Below, piece after piece: positions 11,001-23,847 of a stretch of 64,000 nucleotides of DNA (positions within the stretch are counted from its first letter, which is position 1; each line of letters opens with the position of its first letter). The notes under the pieces were generated by a model. It saw only the letters and a program-made list of their open reading frames with translations. It was not told the origin of the DNA and made no database searches. This DNA is from Octopus sinensis (taxonomy: Eukaryota). The position numbers were made by a program, and so were the translations under genes. The stretch covers positions 125,426,001 to 125,490,000 of the forward strand of contig NC_042997.1 of NCBI RefSeq assembly GCF_006345805.1. The letters run 5' to 3'.

Positions 11001-11469
11001 AGGGAGAACCTTGTTGTAAAGGAAGTTATAGTGTTAACACATTCATGTACAATTCAGACTAAATGTATTCCGATGGATGTTGTTCCTTCCACATCAATAG
11101 TCTGATTTATCTCCCATATATTCAGATAAAATCTGAATACAAGGAAGGGAAATTAAGGCAGTGAAGTAGAAGACGTCATATACACTGGATTAAATGCTTG
11201 TAGTGTTTCGTGTCACCGCTCTACGTTCGTATTTCAAATATCAGCGAAGTCGACTTTTTCTTGAAGTCATGAAGGCAGGGTTACAAATTAATGTAATGTA
11301 CTAACCATCTTCCTGAACGTACTACGAGGATAGTATATGTGTGTGTGTATACATACATACATACATACATACATACATACATACATACATACATACATAC
11401 ATACATACATACATAATACATACATACATACATATATACACACACACACGCACATATACATATACATAT

Positions 11470-11503
<34 letters not shown>

Positions 11504-11578
11504 AAATAAAATATTATTAGAGACAAAACCACTATTTTGCAAAACAAACAAGGAAAGACTTAATCGAATAGGAATATC

Positions 11579-11738
11579 TTCGAGATAGTATACCCGTACA
11601 TTCTCACCAAATAAAAAGAATTTTTATTTTTATTTTAAATACCTACTGTAACAGGCTAAGTAATAAAACAGTAGGTATTTAAAATAAAAAAAAAGATTTC
11701 TTTTTATTTGGTGAGAAGTACGGGTATAGTATCTCGAA
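11579..11738. repeat. Near-perfect 160-bp hairpin (71-bp arms, 18-nt loop), MITE-like
   Basis: TTCGAGATAGTATACCCGTACATTCTCACCAAATAAAAAG...AAATACCTACTGT (11579-11649) mirrors ACAGTAGGTATTT...CTTTTTATTTGGTGAGAAGTACGGGTATAGTATCTCGAA (11668-11738). Confidence 0.85.
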
Positions 11739-11809
11739 ATTAAAATATATTTCTTCATTGAGAATAATTTGAACCTCTGTTATGCCGGAATTGTTATTCC
11801 CTAAAAAAA

Positions 11810-12130
<321 letters not shown>

Positions 12131-12182
12131 GATCACAGAGAAAAATGTCTTGTATGTTCCGGTGCTATGTATTCTCAGCTTA

Positions 12183-13130
12183 AATTATTATTATTATTAT
12201 TCAGTAGTTTTATTTTTAGAGCGTGCTTTCACTTCACTACCGAGCGCAGCTCTGTGTGCCTTGGGTATGTGCTGTGATTTGTTGTGATGCTCTGATGGTT
12301 ATTGTATGGAAAGTGTTCTGCGTAGGATGTGTGCAGTGCCTAGTAGTGCAATTTTCTGTATTGTTATATGTGTTTGAAAGTCCTGGTGTTTTTGTTATGT
12401 ATTTGTCTGAATATTTTTTTATCATGCCTAATGCACCTACTATGATAGGAATTGTTTCTGTTTTCAGATTCCACATTCTAGTTACCTCTATTTCCAGGTC
12501 TTTGTATTTTGAGAGTTTCTCCATTTCTTTTAGAGACACGTTGTCATCTGCCGGTATTGATACATCAATTAGAAAGCATTTTTTTCTTCATGATCTCTGA
12601 CAACTATATCTGGTGTGTTGGCCTTAATTTCTCTATCTGTGTGTATCGGCATATCCCAGAGTATGGTTGCTTTCTCGTTTTCTGTGACCTTTTCTGGTGT
12701 GTGCCTATACCATCTTTTTTCTGTTGTTATTCCATAATGTTGGTATAGCTTCCAATGTATGTAGGTTCCAACTCTGTCATGTCTGTGAATATATTCCTTC
12801 TTAGCCAGGACTGGGCAGCTAGAGATAATATGATTTATTGTTTCTTGTCCATCTCCACATATTCTGCAGTTACTTGTAATATTTCTTTTCATTACATGTT
12901 TTTGGTAATTTCTGGTGGGGAGTCTTGTGCTGCAATTAAAAATCCCTCTGTTTCTGCTTTGAGTCCTGAGCTTCTCAACCATTGCTGGGATTTTTCTTTG
13001 TCTAATTCTTTTGCGTTTAGGTTAGTGCAGTATTTACCATGAAGGGGCTTTTCTTGCCATCGTTTTATCATGGTTCGTTGCTGTTCTATTTTTAGTTTGG
13101 ATTTCATTTGTTTTATAGCTTTTGTTGTTT
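12183..13130 (-). mobile_element. R4/Dong-clade non-LTR retrotransposon, 5'-truncated: CCHC knuckle, restriction-like endonuclease, 3' UTR, (AAT)n tail
   Basis: Frameshifted ORFs: WQEKPLHGKY...LKAETEGFLIAAQD; CRICGDGQETINHIISSCP (CCHC); WDMPIHTDREIKANTPDIVV...LIDVSIP (PD..D); KYKDLEIEVTRMWNLKTETIPIIVGALG. (AAT)n tail at about 12183-12200. Confidence 0.92.
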
Positions 13131-13192
13131 CTTCATCATCTTCTTCTTCTTCTTCTTCTTCTTCTTCTTCTTTCTTCTTCTTCTTCTTCTTC

Positions 13193-13260
<68 letters not shown>

Positions 13261-13290
13261 GTTATCATTATTATTATTGCTGTTGTTGTC
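13131..13290. repeat. (TTC)n-(TTA)n compound trinucleotide microsatellite
   Basis: Direct reading. Separates the two R4/Dong copies. Confidence 0.95.
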
Positions 13291-15130
13291 GTCTTCGTCG
13301 TCTTGACTCGAGATTAGTCTTATTCTTGGTAGAATTTATGTGGCTAGCGTGTTAATCCATGTAACCTAAGACATCCAAATGATTTCAATAAGTCATCAGG
13401 TGATCCGAAACCTTCTGATAATCTTTCCTGTTCCTAATTGCCAAACCTTCTGTAGAAGCTCCACAAGATATTCCATTTCAATCTCTTTTATTCATTTTCT
13501 AGTTCTTCTCTCACATCCCCTGCTCCACCAATTATCATACGTACTACTTTTACAGATTTCATATTCTAAATCCTCACTATCTCAAATGTTACGTGAGTCG
13601 TATTTTTCCAACTTCTCTTCTACCTTTTTCACAATTCCATTATCAAATGAGCTTAAAGGATCAATCAGTATGCAAATTCGATTTTCCTTGTCTATTGTAG
13701 TAATATCTGGCTTGTTATATTTCATCTTATCCGTTTGAATTGGAAAATCCCATGAAATTTTGCCTGTTTCCAACTCAAGTACTCCTACTCGATAATTATA
13801 CCATATACTTCGTAAACACCTAGTCCACTGTCCTTTCTCATTGTTTGCTCATTTTGGAACTTCACTTCTCTAGCTCCCTTCAAATCTTTCCCGTTTCATT
13901 ATTAAAATAACTCCCTTTTTATGCCCGAATTCCATCTCTTGCATCATTTCTGAAAATCCTGAAGTATATACAAGACTTTCCAGCTACTTTTCATTCTTTA
14001 TATAACGCCTTAAATCATCTATGAATAGGAGATGATTTTTCTAATCATACCCTTTTCTGAAATCATAGCCAATACAAAGTGTAATGGAGATAAACTATTA
14101 CCCTGAAATATACCACATCCGAGGTTCACCTTCCCAACTTTTTGCTTTCCTCGAACGAAGCCAGTCTTCCAATAGTTTATACTCTCTTTGTTCAGTTTCT
14201 CCATATTTCCTGCCACTCCAAACTTTCTTATTGTTTTACTTATCCAACTGTGAGGTATCATGGCATATATTTTTTCTGTAATCCAACCATTCTACGTTCA
14301 ATCCCGTTAATCTGTGTCTGCAATTTCTGAGAACCACTTTATCAACTAACAACTGGTCTTTAACTGCCCTACTTCGTCTCCATCATCCTTTCTATTCCAC
14401 AAGAAGTAAAGTGTTACTTTCGGGATGGTGATTTAAATTACCGCCAAGACACTGGTCATAAGCTTTTACATAAGCGGAAAACAGTTTAACACCAATTTCA
14501 CGAGATCCTTAAAACACAACAACCTTCGTTCACTTGTCATCCATTAGGAACGTGTCCCTGCTGTAAGCATTCAAAGTGCAATGCTTTCTTTCAATTCAGC
14601 TAGATGAAATTCTTGCAATTCATCCGGCATGGTCCTTTCCAATTTGACATTTTTTCAACTGCAGTTTCCTTGAGTACAGATCAATTCTCACGTCCTTTTG
14701 TTTCGGCACACCAGCAAGTTGTCTGTCCACCTGTATTAAGCTACTCAGCATATTCATTATGTCTCGTTTGCCTGTTCTAAATTTCTCCCTCGAATGATGT
14801 ACAGTCTTCCGCATCAGGAATCAGATTCTGACGTTGTTCCCCCTCTCTTTTCTCAAAAGGCCTTCTTCTATTCGGTCGAACCGATCTATTCTGTTCAAAA
14901 CCTTTGCATCAAGCATCATATCTTTTCAAATTGGACCTTTAACGCCGTTACTCTTAGCGACAATTTTTCATGTACTATTTATTTTTCCTCTCTTCTACCC
15001 TGCACTGTCACTTCTGTTCTTTTAACATTGCCTCATTATTGAGTTCCCCTCTCGTTATCTTATTTAATTGTTCCAGTTCTTTTTATATCTTTCCAACTTC
15101 ATATGTATTCTCTTCTTTATTTACTTTCCC
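13290..15130 (-). mobile_element. Second, older R4/Dong-clade LINE remnant (RT plus endonuclease, multiply disrupted)
   Basis: AYVKAYDQ, IPHSWI...GIFQGNSLSPLHF (RT motifs) and ISWDFPIQTDKMKYNKPDITTIDKENRICILID (PD..D). The 3' end runs into the (AAT)n tract at ~13270. Confidence 0.85.
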
Positions 15131-15224
15131 CTTTAACTATCTTTTGCTTGTATTCTATTACATAGCCACAGCATTAACGGAGGCTATGATTAGCCAGTGT
15201 GTTTCACTGGTGTTCTATATTTCA

Positions 15225-15478
15225 ACCAGGCTCTTTCATCCTTTCGGGGTCGATAAATTAAGTACCAGTTACGCACTGGGGTTGATGTAATCGGCTTAAT
15301 CTGTCTGTCCTTGTTTGTCCCCTCTGTGTTTAGCCCCTTGTGGGTAGTAAAGAAATAGGTATTTTACCCGTCTTTATGTCTGAGTTCAAGGACGATAACA
15401 TAAGTACCAGTTGAGTTTTGGGGTCAATGTAATCGACTATCCCCCTTAGCCAAATTTCAGGCCTTGTGCTTATAGTAG
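15225..15478 (+). mobile_element. SINE family B, partial dimer
   Basis: CTTTCATCCTTTCGGGGTCGATAAATTAAGTACCAG core, long tail, then a second partial unit ending GGCCTTGTGCTTATAGTAGAA. Confidence 0.8.
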
Positions 15479-15489
15479 AAATGATCATT

Positions 15490-15665
15490 ATTATTATTGA
15501 GCGAGAGAGCAGCGCATGTCATCAAAGTGACACTAGGGTACAAATATACGAAGCCCAACATACCCATCGTGACTACCTGTCTGATAAGGCTACACCAAGT
15601 ACACGCATCACAACTAAATGTACACGACATGGTGATCTCATATCATGATAAACAATGCATAACAG
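15490..15665 (-). mobile_element. 3' fragment of a SINE/LINE with (AAT)n tail
   Basis: Minus strand ends ...CACTTTGATGACATGCGCTGCTCTCTCGCTC-AATAATAAT. Family not determined. Confidence 0.35.
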
Positions 15666-16914
15666 GTGAAACTTATGCTCTACGAGAACCTCTTCAGCAG
15701 ATTTGAAGATTATGGAACCGACATAATTTCTTGCCTTTACATCATATCACCTTTTAGTTACTTCTCCTCTGCTTCCCATGACCCTGAAATAAAATAACTG
15801 AAGATTACTTATTAAAATGTAAACAAAATTGTGGTTGGTTGATACAACTCATTAATATAATGGGTGCAAGGTTGACAGCTCAACATTAATTATAGATCAT
15901 CAATGCGGTGTGGGTTATAAACAACTGAATATACGTAATTATATCTATATGTATTCATTGTCGTCGGCTAAACCACCATATTGTCTTAGATGTGTGTGTA
16001 TGTGTATGTTTGTATGAGTGTACGTATCTGTCTGTCAGTGCGTGTGGGTGCGGGATGTTTGTTGTGATTGAATAACTTCGATATTCGATATAAACAATAT
16101 GAAACAATATTCATTTGTAATTCGTTACCAACTATTAGAAATTGAACAATAACCAAGAAGTCGACTGAAAAATATGAACTGTCTATCTATTGTATAATAC
16201 GTATGTTATCATCTTCTTCCTCGTCTCTTTGTGAAATATCTTACAAGTAGCTGTATATTCGGAAGGACAAATCTAGACTTATTCTAAGACCTGATAGAAG
16301 ATAATTTCTGCATGAACTCTTCCCAGTTCCCTCATTCACAGAACATACAACAGCAACAAGAATAATAAGAGTAATACCAACAATAGAATATTAAGATATA
16401 ACATGTTCCAAAGTTTACAATTTGTGAATGACGTTGTAGCTGCAAGTCATTCCTCTAGCCACGTGCATTAGTTATCTAATTACTAAACTATACGATAGAT
16501 TGGCTGACACTAAGATGTGGTAAAGGTTTAGGTCTATTTAGATTTATTCTCAACTGTAACATTTCCAAAACAGCCTGTCAACCTAGGAGATACTTGGCTT
16601 TCGTTCAGATACCCGCATTCAACGAAAGACAGAATTCGCTTATCAGAGATAAACCGGTACTCGAACCTTCGACCCTTCTAAATAAGGATTTGGCATGAAA
16701 TCAATTATTTCACCCGTTTAGATTGCATTGTGAATATGTCTTTCATCAGACAAGCTTCTACGCAGAAATAATGAAGATCTTTGGGGAAAACCAATCGAAC
16801 ACCAGTTTAACTATAAAACTATGTCTTACACTAAATACTAAATTACTTTAAGCACTTACGTACATAAAATTAGAGCTCATCTTTATTATAGCGTATGGTT
16901 GAAAAAAGATCTCC

Positions 16915-16948
<34 letters not shown>

Positions 16949-16955
16949 GCGTGTG

Positions 16956-17017
<62 letters not shown>

Positions 17018-17031
17018 TTCTCTGTATTTTT

Positions 17032-17755
17032 AATTATATTATTTAATTCTTCCGCTAAGGAAGACGCTGGTTTCTAACAATGATACAAAGCTCCATTGCT
17101 TGAATGTAGATAACAAAAACCATGTCACATTTTGTGGAGGCACATGGCCTAGTGGTTACAGCAGCAGACTCGCAGTCGTGGGATCTCGCGTTCGAATCTC
17201 AGACCGGGTGATGTGTCTGTTTATGAGCGAAACACCTAAGCTCCACGCGGCTCCGGCTGAAGGTAATGGCGACTCTTTCGCCACAACCTTCTCTCGCTCT
17301 TTCCTCTTGCATCTAGCAGCTCACCTGTGACGGACCGGCGTCCCGTCCAGGTGGGGAACCTATACGCCGATAAAACCAAGAAACTGGCCCTTATGAGCCA
17401 GGCATGGTTCGAGAAGGAACAACAAATGTCACATTTTAAACTTGAGAAAAGTTATGCATATTTGTTACTGTTCCACTTACAGACTGTATTTTCAATGTGC
17501 GAATTAGTCGGTTGATTTTTTTTCTGAAAATCTTAGCTTATCCAGACAGTCGACTGGCTTTTACTAAAAATAAAACAAGTACACCAATTGTTATTGGCAT
17601 AAGCGTGAATTTATAATCTGGATACAAAAGCTGGAGGTTTCGAAGCAGTTGTCCCTAGTTATTCTCTTTCTCTTTGATTTTCAAAGAGACGTTCACATCA
17701 GCAGAAGAGCTGACATCTCTGACGGTACGTACTTTTTCTTGCTACACACTTTGTC
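17032..17755 (-). mobile_element. R4-clade LINE family C, 3' fragment (endonuclease C-terminus plus UTR), interrupted by a SINE
   Basis: Minus strand reads ...SADVNVSLKIKEKENN*GQLLRNLQLLYPDYKF... The 3' UTR motif ATGGAGC(C/T)TTG...GAAACC is shared with other copies. Confidence 0.75.
17134..17425 (+). mobile_element. tRNA-derived SINE with V-domain-like core, 12-bp TSD
   Basis: A-box TGGCCTAGTGG, B-box GTTCGAATC, core GACGGACCGGCGTCCCGTCCAGG. TSD ATGTCACATTTT at 17122-17133 and 17426-17437. Confidence 0.85.
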
Positions 17756-17767
17756 TTGCATGTATGT

Positions 17768-18525
17768 ATGTGTTTCTTCTATTTTTTAATTATTATAAAT
17801 CGTCCACTGAGGAAGGATCCGGTTTCCAACAAAGATACAAGGCTCCATCTTTCGGATGTAGTTAACACAGACAAATTCACATTTGGAACTCGAGAAAAGT
17901 CTTGCATATTTTTACTGTTCCACACACAGGTACGAATTAGCCGGTCGATTTCTTTTTCTGAAAATCCCAGTTTATCCAGAATCTCTTTAAAGCATTTACT
18001 AACGAAAACCAGTGCCTCAATTAATATTGGTATGAATATGAATTCATAGTCTGGATACAGAAGCTGGATACTTCGAAGCATTTATCCATAGATATCCTCT
18101 TTTTCTTTGATTTTCAATGAGATATTTATATCTGCAGGGCAGTTGAACTTTATGATGGTATATACTTTCGCCCCTCTGTCCTAAACAACAATATCTGGCC
18201 TGTTATATTTACATTTGACAGACGTTTTAGTGGTAATATTCCACCAGTATTCTTTGAGTTTGTGTTTATGAATATATTCCACAACAGTGGGGTTTTCTTA
18301 GTTTATTTCAGGATCCTTTTTTGTTTGTGGATGGCATTGTAAATTATTTTAGCAACAACATCGTGCCGCATAGGGAGGTAGTACCGTGACAACATATTAG
18401 AACAGCTGTTAATCACATGCGTGATGTCTTCCACAGAAACATGCCAAAGCCTACACATGCGGTTTCACCTTGGGGTTACAAGAGCGTCACTGTCTCTCTT
18501 GTTCACCAGATATTTTGTGACAATC
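17768..18525 (-). mobile_element. R4-clade LINE family C, 5'-truncated copy (CCHC plus PD..D endonuclease)
   Basis: MCRLWHVSVEDITHVINSCSNMLSRYYLPMRHDVVAK; YWWNITTKTSVKCKYNRPDIVV; ORF 17779-18081 LRSIQLLYPDYEFIFIPILIEAL. Both ends abut (TATG)n. Confidence 0.88.
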
Positions 18526-18625
18526 TCCTGTATGTATTTATGTATGTATGTATGTATGTATGTATGTATGTATGTATGTATGTATGTATGTATGTATGTA
18601 TGTATGTATGTGTGTATGTATGTAT

Positions 18626-20230
18626 GTCATTATTCAGTTATTTCAAGATTTCTTGCCAATAGAAAAAAATCGGTTTCTAGCCTAGATCCAAGGCTCTTTC
18701 ATTGGAATTTCAACATCAAGAAGGTAATTTTGTATATATGTATACGTGCCGATTTGTACGTTTTGTTTCATATAAGTCTTCACATACATATACTTGCATA
18801 TCTAGACATGCTCGTATATATTTAAATGATAAACTTCTGGAAATTTTACAGATATTTACAGTTCCAGTGATGGATTGGGTTTGCAGTCTTCGAATCAGCT
18901 TTCCCCTTCCTGGTTTTGAGAAGCCTAATTTCTCAAGATTGGTATTTAGGCAATGTGTTACATATCGCAGTGCTCCAGCCTGAGTAGAGTAACAGCAGAT
19001 TTTTCAATAGTTCACCGTAGGTATTCACTTTTTTCACTGATCTTTAGCATTATGTCAACATCCGCTGGGCAGCTAATTCCCACAACTGTACACAGTTTCT
19101 TTTCTCCATCTCAAATCATTATATCAGGTCTATTGTGTTTACATTTTATTGCGGTTTTCACTGCGACATTCCACTAGTATTCCTTTTTATTATGAGCGGC
19201 TATGGCTTCTACCATACCGTGAATTCTTATTTCTTTGTCGTCGGTCTTATTCTTCTGACGGATTTCATTATATGGCGTCCTAGCTAGAACATCACGTCTC
19301 ATCGGTAGACAGAACCGTGATAACATTTTCGGACAACTGCTTTTGATGCGGATGATATCTTCGGTGTTAACTCCACAAAGTCGGCGTCGGTTGTCACATT
19401 TTACAGCTCTTCTTGCTTCTCTGTCCCTTTTGTGCGTCAAGCATTTGGTTGATATTTCCTGTTCCTGGATCACAAATGCATACCCTTCAAAGTGGGAGGT
19501 AGTAATCCGGCTGTTGTTCCATGACAGACTGCTTTGATGATTAATGTTACTATCACTTCTGAGCACTCTGCTAACATATCTGTCCATTGTCTTCTCACAT
19601 ACGCTCATCTTTTCATCTGATGATATGTTGCGGTACAGTCATGCGACTTCTTTGGGCGTGTGTTTAAGGTTATCAAACAAAGAATACTCCTCAAAGAGCT
19701 GCCTTCCAAGTCTTATGATGTTATCAGCCTTATGTATGTAATCTTGATCAAGGGATACACTTGGTGGTTAAAAGATGTTACCGATCAGCTATGATACGAC
19801 ATTCAAATGCATTCTGGCTCGATGTTAAGCTTCTACCGCTGTTTTCGTTTTAGGTAGCGGCATTCTACGTCACTGTTGATGTGGAAATTATTTGTGTGCT
19901 TGTTAGTATTTTTCGGTTTTTCACATGAATGGCTGGGATCTCATCAAGCGTCCAATCAAATAGCCTAAGTGTAGGTATGAGTACTGGCACTGCAAACACA
20001 TCGTGGACGACTGTTTTATTACATGCAGAGAGTTCCGAGGTCCAAATTTTATTTATTCAGCTGTAATATTCCTAAGTGCCGTTGTAAGATATGTTTTCAT
20101 CCACCCCTAGATACGCGAAACAATCTCCATCTGATATAGGGGAAACAGTCAAGTAATTGATGGAGATGTTGATAGTCTGGGTAACAGTTTTCCCTCTTTT
20201 CACAACCATGTGGCAACATTTCTCCTGCTT
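18626..20230 (-). mobile_element. R4-clade LINE family C, longer 5'-truncated copy (post-RT thumb region to 3' UTR)
   Basis: AYLGVDENISY...KIWTSELSACNKTVVHDVFAVPVLIPT; ORF 19174-19608 HFEGYAFVIQEQEISTK...RRLCGVNTEDIIRIKSSCP; KHNRPDIMIWD. (TACA)n tail on the element strand. Confidence 0.88.
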
Positions 20231-20484
20231 GTATGTATGTATGTATGTATGTATGTATGTATGTATGTATATGTATGTATGTATGTATGTATGTATGGAT
20301 GAATGTATTTATGTATATACGTACGTACGTTTGTATGATTTACGTATTTACGTATGTATGTATATATATATGTATATATGTGTGTACATATGTATGTATG
20401 TATGTCGAAGTTTCTTAAGAAACATGTGTGTGTATGTGTATGTATGTATGTAGTTATGTATCTATGTATCTATGCATCTATGTA

Positions 20485-21100
20485 TGTATATTTGCTTTTC
20501 TTTTGTATTTATTAGAATTCTTTGAAAAAGAATGGAGCTGGTTTTTCACGAAGAAACAAGGTTCCATTGTTGGAATTTCAATAATAACACCAATAAATGT
20601 TACATTTTGACCTTCAGAAAATTGTTGCATTTTTTAATATTTCCACTTATAGACTGTATTTGTGAAGTGCATGTTAGCCAGTCTCTTTGCCTGAAAAGCT
20701 CAGCTTTTCTAAGTTATCCTTAAAACATTTACTATTAAACCAAAGTACAAGAATAATAATTGGGATAAAAATAAATTTATAACCAGAGGAGGTTCAGGTT
20801 TCGAAGCATTGGTTCATAAATATTACTAATCTTGGAAAAGATATTGGCATATACAAAATTTATCACTGTATTATTAATAACTTGTACTACTGTACGTGAT
20901 TTTTGTCCAAAATCCCTATATCGTGCTCGTTGTATTTGTACCTGGCAGGATCTTTTTATGGGAATGTTCCACTAATATTCCTTCTGTTGATATACATGTA
21001 TTTATTCAATAACAGAGGTTTGGGTTTTATTCATCTCAAGGCAGTCTTTCTGTGAATAATATTGCATATTATATTAGTAACACCATGTAGTAAAAGAAGA
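20485..21100 (-). mobile_element. R4-clade LINE family C, diverged 3' fragment
   Basis: Homologous to 17032-17755 (GGTTTCGAAGCA...; GAAATTCCAACAATGGAACCTTG UTR). Abuts (TATG)n. Confidence 0.7.
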
Positions 21101-21526
21101 TAGAGCCACGATGACATTTTGGGGGGAGGCTGCTCATTACATGTTTTATATCCTCTACAAAGGATTGACATAATCGACATTCACTCTTGCATCTTGGATG
21201 TTCAAGAGCTTCCTTGTTTCGTTTATTCATTGGATATTTCGCTAACATTTCTTGTTCGTGAATTGCGAAACCGAAACGTAATCCTTAAACTTCGACATGT
21301 GATGCAACGGTCACGAATCCGCAAAAGGTTACACTTCATGTTAATATAGCCAACCTCTTCGAGCTTATGGGAAACACACCCATGAATCTTTGTGTGTGTG
21401 TGTGGTATGCAGTCTTTCTCTCTATTTCATTACTATATGTATGAATAGATATGCACACACAAATATGCGCGTGTGCGTGTGTGTGTGTGTGTATGTGTAT
21501 ACATATATATATATATGCACACACGC

Positions 21527-21558
<32 letters not shown>

Positions 21559-21560
21559 TA

Positions 21561-21610
<50 letters not shown>

Positions 21611-21902
21611 CCTTAGGCTTTGTTTTCGTTAATTATTCCTTCTGTTTTGCTTATGTTAATTACAGGGTTATGTCGTATGTGGAGCCCCACTTGTAGAAAA
21701 TAGAAATAAACACCCTCCGACTGTTATTTCTAATTCTTTCGGTATGCGGCAAAGCAACCTTTTACCTGCCCCTTCTACTTATATACAATATATACTGAAC
21801 TTCACAGAAGTTCCTGCCGCTAATGGTTATATTTACATACCGAAATCTACCAGTAAATAATTGTTGGTTTTTTTGAAAAACCATCGAAGAAATTATTTAG
21901 TC

Positions 21903-21955
<53 letters not shown>

Positions 21956-22069
21956 TTTTCCTCGTTTCAACCATACAACTGCGGTCATGCTGGAGCACGC
22001 GCACACACGCACACACGCACACACGCACACATGCATATATATATATATATATTATATATATATATATAT

Positions 22070-22120
<51 letters not shown>

Positions 22121-22140
22121 CATGTATGTGTATGTTTTCC

Positions 22141-22336
22141 CCCACCGCTTGACAACCAGTGATGGTTTGTTTACGTCCCAATTTCCCGTTTACCTAGCGG
22201 TTCGGCAAAACAGACTGATAGAATACGCACCAGACTTAAGAAAGGAAAAGTGGTAATGGAGCCGATTTATCCGACTAACATCCCTGCAAGGCGATGCCTC
22301 CAGCACGGGTGCTGTCCAATCACTGAAACAAATAAA
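22141..22336 (+). mobile_element. SINE family A-related 3' half (diverged)
   Basis: CCGCTTGACAACC...GTTTACGTCCC...AGCGGTTCGGCAAAA...CTGAAACAAATAAAG. Confidence 0.65.
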
Positions 22337-22339
22337 GCA

Positions 22340-22790
22340 AGGTAAATCATTATCGCTTCCAGAAATGCTTTGAGTTTTCACATGATTTCCTATTCACCTG
22401 TTTGTTCTTATTCCCGTTCACATTATTCTCAGTAATCACCAATGCTACTCTTTGTATAGCACCGGTGATGATTGATTTACACTTTGTACAAATCCATTTT
22501 CTCTCTATTCTCTTTGTTATTTGACAAACTTTCACATACATACATCATTGGTACCTCATTGATTTTTAAAATCCTTCTTTTTCCCTCAGCAACGTTCCTT
22601 TATATTTCGCAATTTTCCATAGTCCCATGATCCCATGATGCCAGCTTCAAGAGCTCTTCTTTTAATGACATTTGAGCGCTTTCCACTTCTTCCAGCCTTA
22701 GATCTAAGAAAAGTAAACTCATCCACAACTTCCAGTCTGCATGATATTATATAATTATAAATTACTTTCAACTGTTGCTGAAAGTATTAT
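22340..22790 (-). mobile_element. RTE-clade LINE RT C-terminal remnant (degenerate)
   Basis: LEVVDEFTFLRSK...IKRR resembles the RTE motif LEVV.EF.YLGS...EIKRRI. Multiple stops. Confidence 0.5.
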
Positions 22791-23317
22791 ATTCATATTA
22801 TTGAGTTAGTCTATCTTATGTGCCCTTCATATCGGCTTCTGATAATCTCGTGGATTTGTCACCGCCTTTATTTCCGTCTGTTCCCCACACACCTTCGGGC
22901 TGATTCAGGGATGCCATTTCACTCTTGCTTCTTTCACACCTTGCGTGTTGTTATTATATAAATAAAGTATTATGTAAATATATATTACTTTCATCTCTTG
23001 CTTACAAAGTTATTCGGTAGATTTTGCTTTGAACATCAGTTGTGATGTGATTTCAGAAATATTAATATTTATAGCTCCGAGTATGGGTTAAAGCTGTACT
23101 TGTTCGCTCGCTGTAGAATATATTTTATACACAAAGAGAAAAATTGTAATTGTATGATACCTCAACTTAATATTTACAGAGCTTGTGGTGTATATATATA
23201 CACTGTTGTGGGTAAGTATAAAATATTTAAAATCGAATTTAACCAACACGCACGTAAGTATGAGTATATACGTTCGTGTACGTGTGCCACCATATATGTT
23301 TGTATGTGTATTCATAT

Positions 23318-23379
<62 letters not shown>

Positions 23380-23847
23380 CGATAGATATGCAAATGCATA
23401 TAATGTATGCGAGTGTACCGTCATATATAAGGAAAATAGTCTAATAATGGGGCATATGATCCCTCGACAAAAAAGTTAGGCTTTCCCGTACACGTCATGT
23501 GCAACGACTTGGCTTTCGCAGAAATTGTGAAGGAGGACAAAGAGAATAACGGAAACTGCGTTTGTGAGTAATGTGGCTTTGAAGGTAATTTGATAATTAC
23601 TTTTGCAGAGCGCAAATTACATATAAACATTATTGCTTTTGTTTTTTAAAAAATTTCGAATTTTGATTGAATTGAAAATTCCAAAGTATACAGTTCATGA
23701 GGCAATGTCTGGCGAAGCTGACGACATACCAGATTTCAATTCTCTAGTGTCAGTTTCGTTAATATAACCGATAGCACTTTATTATTAATACTAAGCTGGC
23801 CATGTGCCGTCAAAAATCTGCGGCTAATTGTAGTATTTTATATATAG

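Noticed and set aside
17134-17215. tRNA-like A/B-box segments (also 5983, 54499 and family A/B heads)
   Set aside because: They do not form complete cloverleafs and continue into SINE bodies with TSDs, so they are not tRNA genes.
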